Positions 33,901-44,066 of a DNA stretch of 64,000 nucleotides are shown in pieces (the stretch's first letter is position 1; every line of letters starts with the position of its first letter). Under the pieces are notes generated by a model. That model searched no databases and was not told the origin of the DNA. It saw only the letters and a list, made by a program, of their open reading frames with translations. The position numbers and the translations under genes were made by a program. Origin of the DNA: Caecitellus pseudoparvulus (lineage: Eukaryota; Protista; Bigyra: Bicosoecida); NCBI GenBank assembly GCA_965644315.1, contig CBFFRQ010000079.1, positions 248,001-312,000 of the forward strand. The letters run 5' to 3'.

Positions 33901-36900
33901 CCACACTGGCTCCCGATCAGGCAGCGAGGCGGCGTTGGAGCCTGAGGGCTTGCTCCGACACAGGCCAGCGGCCGGCAGCACCGTCGCCCCCCCCGGCAGC
34001 AGTGGGGAGGAGTCTGAGGCTGGTGCTGTGCCAGAGAGCACTGGTGCATACGCTGCCTACGCGCAGCTGCGCCTGGTGCTGGTGGCTTTGGGGCTGGACT
34101 GCCCCGCGCGGCACCCTCCTGCTCTGCCTGACGGCCTGGAGCACCTGCGCATGCCGGCGCGTGTGGATGTGCGGGGCGCCTTGGCAGAGCTGGGTCTCGC
34201 GGAGCAGGGCCAGCAGCTGCCTGCGCTGGACGTCAGCGCCACCCTGCAGACGTACGCTGCGAGTCCGGCAGAGCTGCGGGCGCACGTGCTGGAGTGCATT
34301 GCGCGACTTGCGGGGGGCGGCGGCGTCACCGCCCCGCTGGCGTCTGCGCTGCAGGCGGTGCACACAGGGGCACTGCCGTTGACCGCCCTCGTGGCGTTGC
34401 TGCTGCGAGAGGCGGCGGTGCGGCGCGCGGTGGGCGTGGACGAAGCGTTGGTGTCCACGAAGCCGCACACGCCACTGCTGATCGGGCCACGTGTGGGCGC
34501 TTCGTTGTGGGGCCCAGGGGCGGCCATGGACGACGCCCGTTTCACGGGGTTCTATGACACGGTGCCGTTCGGGAAGCAGGGGGGGGGAGGTGCCGCTTCA
34601 CGCCCCGGCAGCCCAGGCCCCCGTCGGGGCACGTCCGCTGGGCGGGGCGCGCTGCTGGCGGGTCGGCAGGGCTCCGAGGGCGCCGTGCCGGTGCCAGGCA
34701 GCGTGGACCCCTCCTTGGACCCAGCTGCGGGGCTGAAGGGGCAGACGGGGCTGAACTTCAACACGGAGTTCCACATCCCCGTGGAGCGGCGCGGGTGGAT
34801 GCGCAAGCTGGGCAAGCAGTCCTGGAGCCGGTGGCGCCGCCGGTGGTTTGTCCTCAGCGAGGCCAGCGGCAGCCTGTCGTACTACGAGAGCAACACGAGC
34901 GCCGGCACCGACGCCAAGGGCGTCGTGCCCCTGGCTGGCATGACTGCCAAGGCGCAGCCAGACCGCAACCGCTCCTACCAGCGCATCGTCGGCAGCACGC
35001 GCAAGGACCTGACGCTGTACTGCTTCGCGGTGGGCCCCGCCAAGGGCGAGAAGCTGGGCGACCGGACGTACTACCTGTACGCAGAGGCCAAGCGTGACAT
35101 GGAGGGGTGGGTGGACGCCATTTGCACGGTGGCCAGCCGTAGTGAGGCGAGCCAGGCGGGGGGGAGGGGGCGGGGGCGGCTGCCCCTCACGCCTGGCTCG
35201 CCTGCTAGCCGAGCAGCGGCGGGGGCCAGTGTGGCGGAAGGCCCCTCCCCCGTGGCCTTGGCGGTGTCTCCCCGGGTGTCCACGCCAGGGGGCCCAGAGT
35301 CCCCTCTGGCCTCGGCGGCGGGCCAGAGCGGCCGCTCCCGCACCCGAGGCGGGTCCCTGCAAGCGGCCGCTGGGGCGACGGGCAAGTCACCGCCCCCCGC
35401 CACCTCGCCGTCGCAAACCAAGCCCAAGACCACCGCTGGGCGTGCCTCGGGCATGCTGCGCCGCATGTTTGGGCGGCCAGCGGCGGGCGGCGCTGAGCAG
35501 GATGCCTCGCACGCCGGCGGGGAGGCAGCACCGGCGCCGCCAGAACTGCCGGCGCTGCCCAGCGTCACGGGGCGCAGTCGCCGCGGCAAGCGCCCCAGCA
35601 TGATGATGGCGGCCTCTGCTTCCCAGCGGGGCATGGGCCTGCTGCAGTCCCCGACAGCGCCGGCGCCGCCCACCCCGCCGACGCTGGAGTCTGGGCCGCG
35701 GCGGCGGAGTGCCAGCATCGCCGCGGGGGACGCCACGCCACCGCCGCCCACCAGCTTGATGGCCAGCCTGCGCCAGCAGTTTGCGGGGGGGGCGGCGGGC
35801 GCCTCCCCCGGCCCGCCAACGCCCAGCCTGGAAGCTCGGCCCTGTGTTCTGAAGCTGCTCGCTGCAGCGGACAACGCTGCGCGCAGGGCGACAGGCGGGG
35901 ACGGGATCAGTGGCGGCAGCACCGGGGACGCCGGCGGCAGCCGTCGGGGGAAGCTGCTGGGCAGCATCTTTGGCAGCGGTGGCTCTGCATCGTCGCCTGC
36001 TGCGCCCTCTCTGGCTGTGCGGCGTGTGGCTGGGGCAGAGGCGTTGGCGTGGGGGGACCGCCCTGCCAGCGCCTCGGGTGCGTGGGACAGGCAGGAGACT
36101 GGGTTTTGGGCGGGTGTGGCGGGCGCCAATGCCGCCACATCCCGCTTGGGCGGCCAGCCGTTGCACTGGTGGGTGGTGCTGGACGAGTTGACGGAGGGGG
36201 AGGCCACACGTGTGGCGCTGCCAGTGGGCACACTGGCTGACGCAGCCGCCGCAGGACACGTCACCCCCTCCTCTGCTCTGTCTGCGTTGGCTGCCCGGGC
36301 TGACTCGGCGGCTGCCGTGCGCCGGCAGCCATCCTCTGGCCCCCGCGGCAGTGCTTTGCTGGCGGCACGGCGCAGCTTGCTCAGTGGCTCCCATCTGCCC
36401 CGCGAAGCAGGTGCTCGTGGGGTCAGTGGTGGTGGTGGCGCCAGCACACCCGACGACAGCCCGCTGAGCCGAGAGATTGTCGTGCCGGGTGCGGGTGCCA
36501 AGGCGCCGCCACAGCAGTGCCAGGTGGTGTTGTGGCGCCCAGTGCCTGGTGCCGAGCAGTGGCCCCCGCCACCCACTCCAGCCCACGCTCACGTGCTGTC
36601 CAACCGCCCCCTGCTGCGGCCTCTGCTGCACTCCTCTGAAAGCCACATGTGGACTGCGTCGGGTGCCGCAGACACGCCGCCCACCACGCACGCCCTGCAG
36701 GTGCTGGGGCGACAGGTGGTTATGCCAGGGCTGGCGCACTCCACGGCCGGCCTGCTGGCGTCAGACCCCGGCGCACTGCTGTTCGTGGCCGGTCATGCGG
36801 GCCACGCAGGGGCCAGCTCCGCGGCAGACGAGGCAGGCCCGCCCCAGGCACCCCTGCCCCTGCTGGCGCTGTGGCTGGCTGGACGAGACTGCCTGGGGCG

Positions 36901-39900
36901 GTACACCCCCCTGGCTCTGCGGCTGACAGGGGACGAGCCGACGTCACGGCGCGCCACACGGGTGCGGCGAGCCAGCGCAGGCAGCGCCAAGGACCTGGCC
37001 TTGCCGTGGTCCGAGGAGGACACGGCCGCCGCAGCGGCGTGGGCGGAGGCGGCGGGGGCCGTGCTGCAGCGGGCTCACGACCTGGGCGTGCCTGTGCCCA
37101 ACCTGGTGGATGGACTGCAGGCGAGGGCTGCATGGGGTTCACGCCACACGGTGGGCTCGCGCAACGTCGTGGCGCCAAGCGGGACGGAGGCGCCCCCCCC
37201 CGTCTCTGCAGTGGGCACGGAGCTGCCCCTGGCCCAGCGCCTGCCAGTCCTGGCGCGCTGCGTGGGGGAGGTGTGCAGTGCCCTGTCAGCCCTGGTGCAT
37301 GCACTGGTCGTGGTGGGCGCGCCGGCATGGGAGGGCGCTGCGCCTGTCTCGCAGGTCCCACTGGGTGGGCCAGACCACGGCACGCCTGCGCTGGCCCTGG
37401 CTGATGCCTGCAGCTCCCCCATCACTGCCGCCCTGCTGCAGGCGGCACAGCGCAACCCTGCCTCGCACTCCCCTGAACTGCCCAAGGCCCTCAACCAGCT
37501 GCGGGCGGAGGGCGGTGAGGGCGAGGCAGAGGCTGCGTGGGGCGTGCTGTTCGCAGCGGCAGCCTCCAGCCAAGGCTCCGTGGAGCGCGCGACGCACCAG
37601 CTGCAGCGCTTGAACGCACAGGTGCTACCCCCCGCCCTGCTGGAGCATGTGCGGGTGTGGGCGCTGCTGCTGCCTGCGCAGGCCGCACCTGGCGCAGAGG
37701 AAGGCAGCGCCGAGCACCGGTGGCAGGCCATGCGGCTGCCGCGGGCGCGCGCCGGCCTGGGCGGCTTGGCCAGCAGTCTGCTGGAGGCCCGGCGCAGCAG
37801 CCTGACGGGGCTGGGCGGCGAGTGGCGGCGCAGTACGCGTGCCATGCCCAGTGACGGCATCGCGGAGAAGTATTCGTCGCCCTCCCAGCCAGAGGCGGAG
37901 GACGGCGGCGGGCCCACTCACATGGACGTGGCGGAGCTGTCCATGACGCTGGCAGAAGCACTGCCGGCCGCGCGAGCCCTGGCTGTGCGCCACTTGGCGG
38001 CGTTGTTCTGCGCCCGGGTGTGGGTGGAGGTGGCGGGCAGGGGGGACGAGGCTGTGCAGTGGGCCCGTCCTCGCGTGGAGGCCTTCATGCGGGCAGTGCG
38101 CGACGGCGGGGCGGCGGCTGTGGCCAGCGGCCGCCCCCCCAGCACGGGCGCCGTGGAGGGCGATGTGGCTGGCCTGCTGGCAGTGTACGGCGCGGCGTTC
38201 CCGGGGGCTGGGCAGGCGGGCCGTCGACCTGGGCGAGACGGCCCCGTGCCCATCGTCCTCCCGCCCACTGCCAAGGCGGCCTGGGAGCCGGGCCAGCCCG
38301 CCACACGCGGCACGTTCTGGCACCTGGTGGCATGCGAGGTCGCGCGCTGTGCCGGGTGTCTCCTACGGCGCGAGGACGCCACGCCGCCGCCACACAACGC
38401 CCTGCAGCACCTGCAGCTGCCCAGCGGCGCTGCATTTGCACTGCCCTGGTCTGTCGCCAGCGCCGCCCCCGTGACTGATGGCGGCGGCAGCATGCTGTGG
38501 CCGGGGCGCGGTGTGGGCGCCGAGGCCCTCGCCGCCTCCGCCGCCCCCATGCTGCCCCTCATCGGCGGCAGCGCGTCCCTGGCCTTCGCAGAGCAAGGCA
38601 GCGGCGGGCGCACGGCAGCCATGGCTGCCTGCGTCACTCCCGCTGTGCTGCAAGCCGCCAAGGCCCTGCCTGCTCCGGCGGCAGGCGGCGACCACGTCAT
38701 GCACCTGCTGCGCCTGGGCAGCGACCCCAGTGCTTCTCCCGTGCCCCCCGCCCGCAGCAGTGGCAAGTGGTGGGGGGAGGCGGCGCCTGGGCGCCTGCTG
38801 GGCACGCTGGCGGCAGCCCTGGGCGTGGACCAGGGAGCCTTCGACGCACTGGGGGCGTGGCTGTTGCGGCATGCGCCCCTGCCCAGGCAGGGGTGCGAGT
38901 GGGACCACCACTTGCTGGCCGAGGCCATGGACGTGGTGCAGGGGCAGGGGTGGAGTCCCCTGCACGTCCAAGCGCCCAGCGTCGGCCCCCTGCTGCCTTG
39001 GGACACCGCCGGCGTCGTCAGCCTGCAGCTGCTGGACGCCGTGGGGCGCGCCTTTGACCCAGCGGCGCCTCAGGCGGGCCACGGCGTGGCGCGTGTGCGG
39101 GAGGATGGCGGAGTGCTGGGTGTGTCCCCCAGTGCCTTTGCGCTGGGACAGGACCCCACGCCCCTGCCCAGCCCCGTCCTGGCCCCTGCGCCGCCGCCCA
39201 CACCCTCCCTTCGCAGCGCGCTTCGGGCAGCCTCTGCCGGCCTCGCCCGCCTGCACAAGACGACCAGCTGGCGGGCGGCGAGCGAGAGCTTGGCGCCGCC
39301 GCGTGCCGAGACGATACCTGCGCTGGCGCTGCGGCTGCTGGACTGCGAGGAGGCGGCCTTCACGAACCTGCCGCCTTCCTGGATGCCGGGCGAGGACGCC
39401 AGCGCGGGGCTGGGCGCCGCCGCTCTGCAGCTGGCGTGCGCTGGCGAGGGCGCCACGACGCCTTCCTCCGCCCCACCGCCACCGCCGCCCAAGGCGCCGT
39501 CGGCGTTGCGCCTGGAACCAGCAGCTTCCCCCCCTGCTTCGCCCTCTCGCCGCCCAGCGGGCCCGGGGTCCCCCACCCGGACACGCCGCCTGCAGGACAG
39601 CTTCGCGGTGGGGCACAAGGCTGCCACGACGGTGCCATTCAAGACGCTCTCGCGAGCAGGCAGCAGCCACACGCCACTGCAGGTGAGCGCCGTGGGAGGC
39701 GGCGCGCGCGCGCCCCTGTCCAGGGCCATGACGCTCAGCAAGCCGCGCCTGCGGGGGCACACGGGGGACGCAGGCGGCGCAGGGGAGGGCTCAGGGTTTG
39801 GGGCCATGCTGCCCAACCTGTTCGATACGCTGTTCCAGAGCGACCCCCTGCACCAGATGAACAGCGTGCAGCGGGCGGCGGTGTGGCAGTGCCGCGCTGC

Positions 39901-41443
39901 CATCACGCACATCCCCGCCGCCTTGCCCAAGCTGCTGTCCAGCATCTCCTGGGCCAGTCGCACCAGCACACGGGAGGCGCACAGGTTGCTGTACGGCTGG
40001 GCGTGCTTCCCCCGGGACCGTGCGGCGAGGTACTTGGAGCTGCTGGACCAGGGGCACGCCGACCAGCAAGTGCGCGCCAAGGCAGTGGCGCAGCTGGGCG
40101 GCGTCGGCGACGAGGAGCTAGCAGAGCTCATCCCGCAGCTGGTGCAGGCGCTGAAGTTCGAGGCGCACCTGTCGTCGCCGCTCATGATGCTGCTGGTGTC
40201 ACGGGCGGTGGCGGCGCCCCTGGCCATCGGCATGCCGCTGTACTGGTGCATGGAGGTGGAGGCAGGCAGCAACGCGCCGGCCTTTGCTCTCTTCGCCCAC
40301 CTCCTGCGCGCCGTGACGAGCCAGCTGCCGCCCCTGCACCGCAGCTTGCTGTCCACGCAGCAGGCGCTGTGGGGGCGCCAGGGCGCCTTCGCGCGCATCT
40401 GCGAGCACGTCATGCTGCACAAGAAGGCGGGTAAGGCCAAGTTGAAGTCCATCGCGCAGACGGCGCTGCGGGCGCTGGCGGTGGAGCTGCCTGAGAAACA
40501 CGTGCTGCCCATCGATGGGCGGCTGGAGGTGGGGCGCCTGCTGGTGGACAAGTGCCGTGTCATGGACAGCGCCAAGAAGCCCCTGTGGCTGGTGTTTGAG
40601 AACGCAGACCCCGCCGTCGTGGGCAGCGACCACCCCGACGCGGAGGTGCTGGTGATCTTCAAGGCGGGGGACGACATCCGGCAAGACACCGTCGTGCTGC
40701 AGCTCATCCGGACGATGGACCGGCTGTGGAAGGCGGAGGGGCTGGACCTGGCCATGTCCCCCTACCGCTGCCTGCCCACCTGGCACGACGGCGGCTTCGT
40801 GGAGATCGTCAAGGCCAGCGACACGACGGCCAACATCCAGACGACGTACGGCGGCACGCTGGGCGCCTACAAGGAGACGGTGTTCAAGGAGTGGCTGCTG
40901 GAACACAATGGGCCCGAGGGCAGCCCCGCGTACGAGGCAGCGGTGGACCGCTTCATCCGCTCGGCAGCGGGGTACTGTGTCGCCACGTACGTCCTGGGCA
41001 TCGGCGACCGGCACAACGACAACATCATGATCAAGAAGTCGGGCGAGTACTTCCACATTGACTTCGGGCACTTCCTGGGCAACTTCAAGTACCAGTTCGG
41101 CATGGCCCGCGAGCGCACCGCCTTCGTGTTCACCCCCGAAATGCTGCACGTGATGGGGGGCAAGGGCGCGCCCGGGCATGTGCGCTTCCTGGAGTTGGCG
41201 GGGCGCGCCTTCAACATCGTGCGGCGGCACGGCCCGGAGCTCATCAACATGCTCAGTCTCATGCTGCCGGGCGGCATGCCTGAGCTGCGCTCCAAGGACG
41301 ACATCCAGTACCTGAAGGAGCGCCTGGTGCTGCACATGGGCGAGGAGGCGGCGGCGGCGGAATTCGCCGCAGAGGCGGAGCGCGCTCTCACCGACACGCG
41401 CAAGCTCCTGGACAACACCATCCACATCCTGGCCCACCGATGA
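30980..41443 (+). CDS. Giant class I-like phosphatidylinositol 3-kinase (RBD, C2, inserted PH, helical PIK and kinase domains), about 3490 aa
   Basis: RBD-like VLKCAGLRDFL..LGRPL. C2 (LRVRVRGV, VFVRVEVVYGG, QDMPQESCLSVTV). PH (RGWMRKLG..WRRRWFVL..WVDAI). PIK (DPLH..ALPKLL, LIPQLVQALKFE). Kinase (FKAGDDIRQD, LGIGDRHNDN, HIDFGHFLG). Confidence 0.92.
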   Translation: MEEAAVARLLLDSALAAHTVPQQRAIALLHRTAAETPHRLHEASVPCSKQRLFDVSFYPTFYGSNVGAAMKRLTFEVQTFDSVLVSRFAAVGRRLLREDAGQAGDGAVQQGTHSSAPSALPLAVDVLCDGGATMEDLVLSAVKQSCLAAALFAGSGASSPAEGSGSGAAPDTLTTLAQACVLKCAGLRDFLHCDAGRKVAASRSVQEAVALGRPLRWSLQAKRTAPGWSPQSPAAALVDASLAPPLLQLLGAHRRRVHAGALGPCLRHANAEWPLRVRVRGVRNLLPALAHAKVPGRNTAALPKAEGHHKSSGSSAAGRTRALSFGMLGRSGRSTAGGEGGDAGEGKAPARVLSSPLDRESSTATLSATAAEDGTLLVPLEHAQGCVRVPGTKATTQLTAVFVRVEVVYGGKTLPGCTMHTRHRAWAPHILWEGGSVEGGAQGCTADGGEGWLSTQRLVQDMPQESCLSVTVLALGEGLAEPVTLGSSTLPLVRPDATLLAGRREVRCWPGDTPTAHRPVGPYVPPSDTHRSAHSLAEEQEGAQVAQRCQVGGETASQVGWGALTTPPGSDAAGSLQGDMALGLLTQATMHHDVEEVSRPLPSASRSPHPFSDEDSDGEDGHAPLIHAPDREASGSSSGSGGVDDAVVGREAGEDAISAMGGGVAPSPGPRRPGQRPVPKRRTGSVYYTGDDWIERLEAERELEASTGVSGDGASPQPESGPASLPVSVLALPKARGAGEDGGGAPGVVVPTRNQGRRKRLSRMVRSGSRFAYTNSMAAIGEDDDEGEGEEGVEGGLVEGKAAGDVASVLPPRAVSPPTAPAQAGAPPPPAPAAPATARDVGSMEAPAFLIPTQPDRGASELYEEYPLTVLLEVQGHVLPVVVDAPPVEVAHLGSAAKSTALALLALGDCASGQRGARIRRPSAAPGPAPPAAPASPTPGRAHSSTASAEPVVLTGGDLPAPAPGAGGDAAEVPHTGSRSGSEAALEPEGLLRHRPAAGSTVAPPGSSGEESEAGAVPESTGAYAAYAQLRLVLVALGLDCPARHPPALPDGLEHLRMPARVDVRGALAELGLAEQGQQLPALDVSATLQTYAASPAELRAHVLECIARLAGGGGVTAPLASALQAVHTGALPLTALVALLLREAAVRRAVGVDEALVSTKPHTPLLIGPRVGASLWGPGAAMDDARFTGFYDTVPFGKQGGGGAASRPGSPGPRRGTSAGRGALLAGRQGSEGAVPVPGSVDPSLDPAAGLKGQTGLNFNTEFHIPVERRGWMRKLGKQSWSRWRRRWFVLSEASGSLSYYESNTSAGTDAKGVVPLAGMTAKAQPDRNRSYQRIVGSTRKDLTLYCFAVGPAKGEKLGDRTYYLYAEAKRDMEGWVDAICTVASRSEASQAGGRGRGRLPLTPGSPASRAAAGASVAEGPSPVALAVSPRVSTPGGPESPLASAAGQSGRSRTRGGSLQAAAGATGKSPPPATSPSQTKPKTTAGRASGMLRRMFGRPAAGGAEQDASHAGGEAAPAPPELPALPSVTGRSRRGKRPSMMMAASASQRGMGLLQSPTAPAPPTPPTLESGPRRRSASIAAGDATPPPPTSLMASLRQQFAGGAAGASPGPPTPSLEARPCVLKLLAAADNAARRATGGDGISGGSTGDAGGSRRGKLLGSIFGSGGSASSPAAPSLAVRRVAGAEALAWGDRPASASGAWDRQETGFWAGVAGANAATSRLGGQPLHWWVVLDELTEGEATRVALPVGTLADAAAAGHVTPSSALSALAARADSAAAVRRQPSSGPRGSALLAARRSLLSGSHLPREAGARGVSGGGGASTPDDSPLSREIVVPGAGAKAPPQQCQVVLWRPVPGAEQWPPPPTPAHAHVLSNRPLLRPLLHSSESHMWTASGAADTPPTTHALQVLGRQVVMPGLAHSTAGLLASDPGALLFVAGHAGHAGASSAADEAGPPQAPLPLLALWLAGRDCLGRYTPLALRLTGDEPTSRRATRVRRASAGSAKDLALPWSEEDTAAAAAWAEAAGAVLQRAHDLGVPVPNLVDGLQARAAWGSRHTVGSRNVVAPSGTEAPPPVSAVGTELPLAQRLPVLARCVGEVCSALSALVHALVVVGAPAWEGAAPVSQVPLGGPDHGTPALALADACSSPITAALLQAAQRNPASHSPELPKALNQLRAEGGEGEAEAAWGVLFAAAASSQGSVERATHQLQRLNAQVLPPALLEHVRVWALLLPAQAAPGAEEGSAEHRWQAMRLPRARAGLGGLASSLLEARRSSLTGLGGEWRRSTRAMPSDGIAEKYSSPSQPEAEDGGGPTHMDVAELSMTLAEALPAARALAVRHLAALFCARVWVEVAGRGDEAVQWARPRVEAFMRAVRDGGAAAVASGRPPSTGAVEGDVAGLLAVYGAAFPGAGQAGRRPGRDGPVPIVLPPTAKAAWEPGQPATRGTFWHLVACEVARCAGCLLRREDATPPPHNALQHLQLPSGAAFALPWSVASAAPVTDGGGSMLWPGRGVGAEALAASAAPMLPLIGGSASLAFAEQGSGGRTAAMAACVTPAVLQAAKALPAPAAGGDHVMHLLRLGSDPSASPVPPARSSGKWWGEAAPGRLLGTLAAALGVDQGAFDALGAWLLRHAPLPRQGCEWDHHLLAEAMDVVQGQGWSPLHVQAPSVGPLLPWDTAGVVSLQLLDAVGRAFDPAAPQAGHGVARVREDGGVLGVSPSAFALGQDPTPLPSPVLAPAPPPTPSLRSALRAASAGLARLHKTTSWRAASESLAPPRAETIPALALRLLDCEEAAFTNLPPSWMPGEDASAGLGAAALQLACAGEGATTPSSAPPPPPPKAPSALRLEPAASPPASPSRRPAGPGSPTRTRRLQDSFAVGHKAATTVPFKTLSRAGSSHTPLQVSAVGGGARAPLSRAMTLSKPRLRGHTGDAGGAGEGSGFGAMLPNLFDTLFQSDPLHQMNSVQRAAVWQCRAAITHIPAALPKLLSSISWASRTSTREAHRLLYGWACFPRDRAARYLELLDQGHADQQVRAKAVAQLGGVGDEELAELIPQLVQALKFEAHLSSPLMMLLVSRAVAAPLAIGMPLYWCMEVEAGSNAPAFALFAHLLRAVTSQLPPLHRSLLSTQQALWGRQGAFARICEHVMLHKKAGKAKLKSIAQTALRALAVELPEKHVLPIDGRLEVGRLLVDKCRVMDSAKKPLWLVFENADPAVVGSDHPDAEVLVIFKAGDDIRQDTVVLQLIRTMDRLWKAEGLDLAMSPYRCLPTWHDGGFVEIVKASDTTANIQTTYGGTLGAYKETVFKEWLLEHNGPEGSPAYEAAVDRFIRSAAGYCVATYVLGIGDRHNDNIMIKKSGEYFHIDFGHFLGNFKYQFGMARERTAFVFTPEMLHVMGGKGAPGHVRFLELAGRAFNIVRRHGPELINMLSLMLPGGMPELRSKDDIQYLKERLVLHMGEEAAAAEFAAEAERALTDTRKLLDNTIHILAHR

Positions 41444-41471
41444 CGCGCAATGCATTCTGCAGGCCTGCCCA

Positions 41472-42728
41472 TCACCGCACCTGCCGGTGCCGTGCCGCGG
41501 GCGAGCTGGCTGCCTGCACGTTGAAGTCCTTCAGGAAGTCGGGGCTGATGTTCAGCGCAGCACCATCCGCGGCCGCCCCCGGCCCACCACCCTCTGCTCG
41601 CGCCTCAGCCAGGGCGGCAGCCTTGCTGCGCGCAGACTGCCGCGCCGACTGTGCCGCGTCCATGCGCGCGTGGAAGCCTTCGGACACGTCCCCCCACTTG
41701 ACACGGGCGGGGGGCGCCACCTCACTGCGCCCCGTCTCAGGGTTGAACACGCGGCGGGTGCGTGGCGGCACGGCCAACTGGGCAGCCCGTGCTGCAGCAA
41801 TGCGGGCATCCCGCTCCTCCTGCGCCTTTTCCATGCGGGCCAGGAAACCAGGCCCGACATCCCCCCACTTCGGCGCCGTCGCACGCTGCTTGGATGCTAA
41901 GCTCTCCAGCAGCCGTGCCGCCTCGCCCAGCTTGCCCAGACGCTCCCGCTCCTTCACCTGCATGCGCTCCAGGAAGTTGCCGGTGCCTTGGCCCACGACG
42001 CGATCCATCATCGCGCGACTGGCCCGGGACAGCTTCACCTTGCCCGTCTGAGCCTTACGCAGAGCAGCCACAGTGGGCGCCAGAGCACGCTGGGCTGTGC
42101 CGGAGCCGTCCACGGCCCACTTGGGCCGGGCTAGGCGGTGCACGCGGCGCATGGTCTGAGCAGCGTCGCGCACCGTGTCCTGCAGGCGCCCCCCCTCCGC
42201 CTCCGCCGCCGCCTCATGCGCCGCCTGCTCATCCTCCAGCGGCACATCGCCCCGAGCCGCCCGAGCGACAGACAGGGTGTTCCGGAACGTCTCACTGGAG
42301 GGGTCCCGCATGATGGCCAGGATGTCCTTGTGCGCCAGGCGTGTGTGCGCCGGCAGGCTCGTGCAGGCGCTGTCCACCGCCACGGCACGGAAGCCAGCGC
42401 GGCTGCGGTGCACGGTGTGGGTGGCGCGGGAGCGCTGCCGTGTCAAGCCCTGTCCTGCCCGTCGACGCGCGAGGCTTTCCTGCAGGTGCTGCAGCTTGTC
42501 TTGCCCGGGCAAGGTGCGCGAGGCCCACTCGCTGCCGCCGCCAGCGGCGTCGTCATCGGCCATCTTGCTGTCTTGCAGGCCAGAACTGCGCCGCTGCTGC
42601 CTGCCCGCGCCAGAGCGCTGCGAGACGTGGGAGGCCTCTCCAGGGCCTTCAAAGCCAGCATCGTCAGAGTACCCGTCTGAAGCCTCGCTGTCCAGCTCGT
42701 CTGCTGGCGAGTCTGGGCGGTGGGGCAT
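41472..42728 (-). CDS. Hypothetical protein with repeated F(L/H)xRM helical motifs
   Basis: Open frame from the ATG at 42728. Motifs FLERM, KWGDVGPGFLARM and KWGDVSEGFHARM. A probable intron lies near 42370-42450. Confidence 0.5.
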   Translation of the reverse strand: MPHRPDSPADELDSEASDGYSDDAGFEGPGEASHVSQRSGAGRQQRRSSGLQDSKMADDDAAGGGSEWASRTLPGQDKLQHLQESLARRRAGQGLTRQRSRATHTVHRSRAGFRAVAVDSACTSLPAHTRLAHKDILAIMRDPSSETFRNTLSVARAARGDVPLEDEQAAHEAAAEAEGGRLQDTVRDAAQTMRRVHRLARPKWAVDGSGTAQRALAPTVAALRKAQTGKVKLSRASRAMMDRVVGQGTGNFLERMQVKERERLGKLGEAARLLESLASKQRATAPKWGDVGPGFLARMEKAQEERDARIAAARAAQLAVPPRTRRVFNPETGRSEVAPPARVKWGDVSEGFHARMDAAQSARQSARSKAAALAEARAEGGGPGAAADGAALNISPDFLKDFNVQAASSPAARHRQVR

Positions 42729-42911
42729 GTTGCACCCGCGTTTCGCCTCGAAACGCCCACGCGCGGACAGCTGTCCGGGGCTTTGGGAAAAACACACAGT
42801 AGTGTCAATGCCACAGTGCAAGTGGAGCTGGAGATAGACTGGTATTTGGTGGTGGAAGGTTTGTGTGCCTGGCTGCGCTTTCTGCGTGGACTGGGGGCAC
42901 GGCGCGTGGTG

Positions 42912-44066
42912 ATGGCGAGCTCCACGGCGCACCACCTGTGCTGGCGCTGGCCCAGTGCCTGGCTCGTGCTGCCCGCCACCCTCGCCCTGCTGGCACTGCC
43001 ATCCACTGCGCAAGTCCCCGACTGGCACTCGTGGCGGGTGCACGTGCCGGCCCACCGTCGCATCATCGGCAGTGACGCTGGGTATGCGGAGGACGGTGAG
43101 GGGCCGCCGTACATCGCCAGCATCGGGGAGGTGTGGGTGGACGCCTTCGAGGTGACCAACGCCCGGTTCGCAGCCTTTGTCGCAGCGACAGGGCACGTGA
43201 CCACAGCGGAGCGACTGGGCAGCACCTTCTTGCTGCGCAGTCTGCTGCACCCGTCAGTGCAGGGAGAAGCAGCGACTGCCGCCAGTGTGGCCGGCAGTGA
43301 GTGGTGGGTGGAGGTGCAGGGCGCTAATTGGCACCGACCGGAAGGCCTGGCGTCGTCTCTGCTGGACGCTGAGCCGCTGCCCCCGGGCACCGCCGTGTCT
43401 GCCGAGGGAGTGAGCGGCCAGCCTATCCCCCGCTCACCCTCTGGCATCCTGCGCAGTGCCCGGGCCCACACGCCTGTCGTGCACGTGTCTGCGCTGGATG
43501 CCGCCGCCTTCTGTGCCTGGGACGGTGGTCGCCTGCCAACTGAGGAGGAGTGGGAGGCGGCGGCACGGGGGCCGGTGCAGGGGGCGGCGTACCCCTGGGG
43601 AGACCAGTGGCGTCCCGGCGGCGTTATGCGAGCCAACACCTGGCAGGGGCGTTTCCCAGACTTGAACACGGCTGTGGACGGGTTTGTCGCCTTGGCGCCG
43701 GTGTCTGCCTTTGGCCCGCAGAACGCTTGGGGCATGCGGGGTGTGGCGGGCAATGTGTGGGAGTGGTCAGCCAGTGCCTGGTGCAACACAACGGCACTGC
43801 GTCTGCGCCCTGCTGCTGCGAGGGCCTGCATGGTGGATGGTGGGCGCACCGCGGACACTCTGCGGGTGAAGAAGGGCGGCAGCTTCATGTGTCACCGCAA
43901 GACGTGCTTCCGGTACCGGCCAGCGGCCCGCGCAGCAAACACAGAGGACACCACAGCGTACAACCTCGGGTTTCGTTGTGTGTATGAGGCGCCTGGGAAC
44001 GACACGGCTGTGTTGAACGTGCCGCCGCCTGACAACGCGCCATACCTCGCTCGGCTGCTCGGCTGA
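42912..44066 (+). CDS. SUMF1: Formylglycine-generating enzyme (sulfatase-modifying factor 1)
   Basis: Signal peptide, EVTNARF..FV, RLPTEEEWEAAARG, AGNVWEW, and KKGGSFMCHRKTCFRYR carrying the CxxxxC catalytic pair, ending NLGFRC. Confidence 0.92.
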   Translation: MASSTAHHLCWRWPSAWLVLPATLALLALPSTAQVPDWHSWRVHVPAHRRIIGSDAGYAEDGEGPPYIASIGEVWVDAFEVTNARFAAFVAATGHVTTAERLGSTFLLRSLLHPSVQGEAATAASVAGSEWWVEVQGANWHRPEGLASSLLDAEPLPPGTAVSAEGVSGQPIPRSPSGILRSARAHTPVVHVSALDAAAFCAWDGGRLPTEEEWEAAARGPVQGAAYPWGDQWRPGGVMRANTWQGRFPDLNTAVDGFVALAPVSAFGPQNAWGMRGVAGNVWEWSASAWCNTTALRLRPAAARACMVDGGRTADTLRVKKGGSFMCHRKTCFRYRPAARAANTEDTTAYNLGFRCVYEAPGNDTAVLNVPPPDNAPYLARLLG

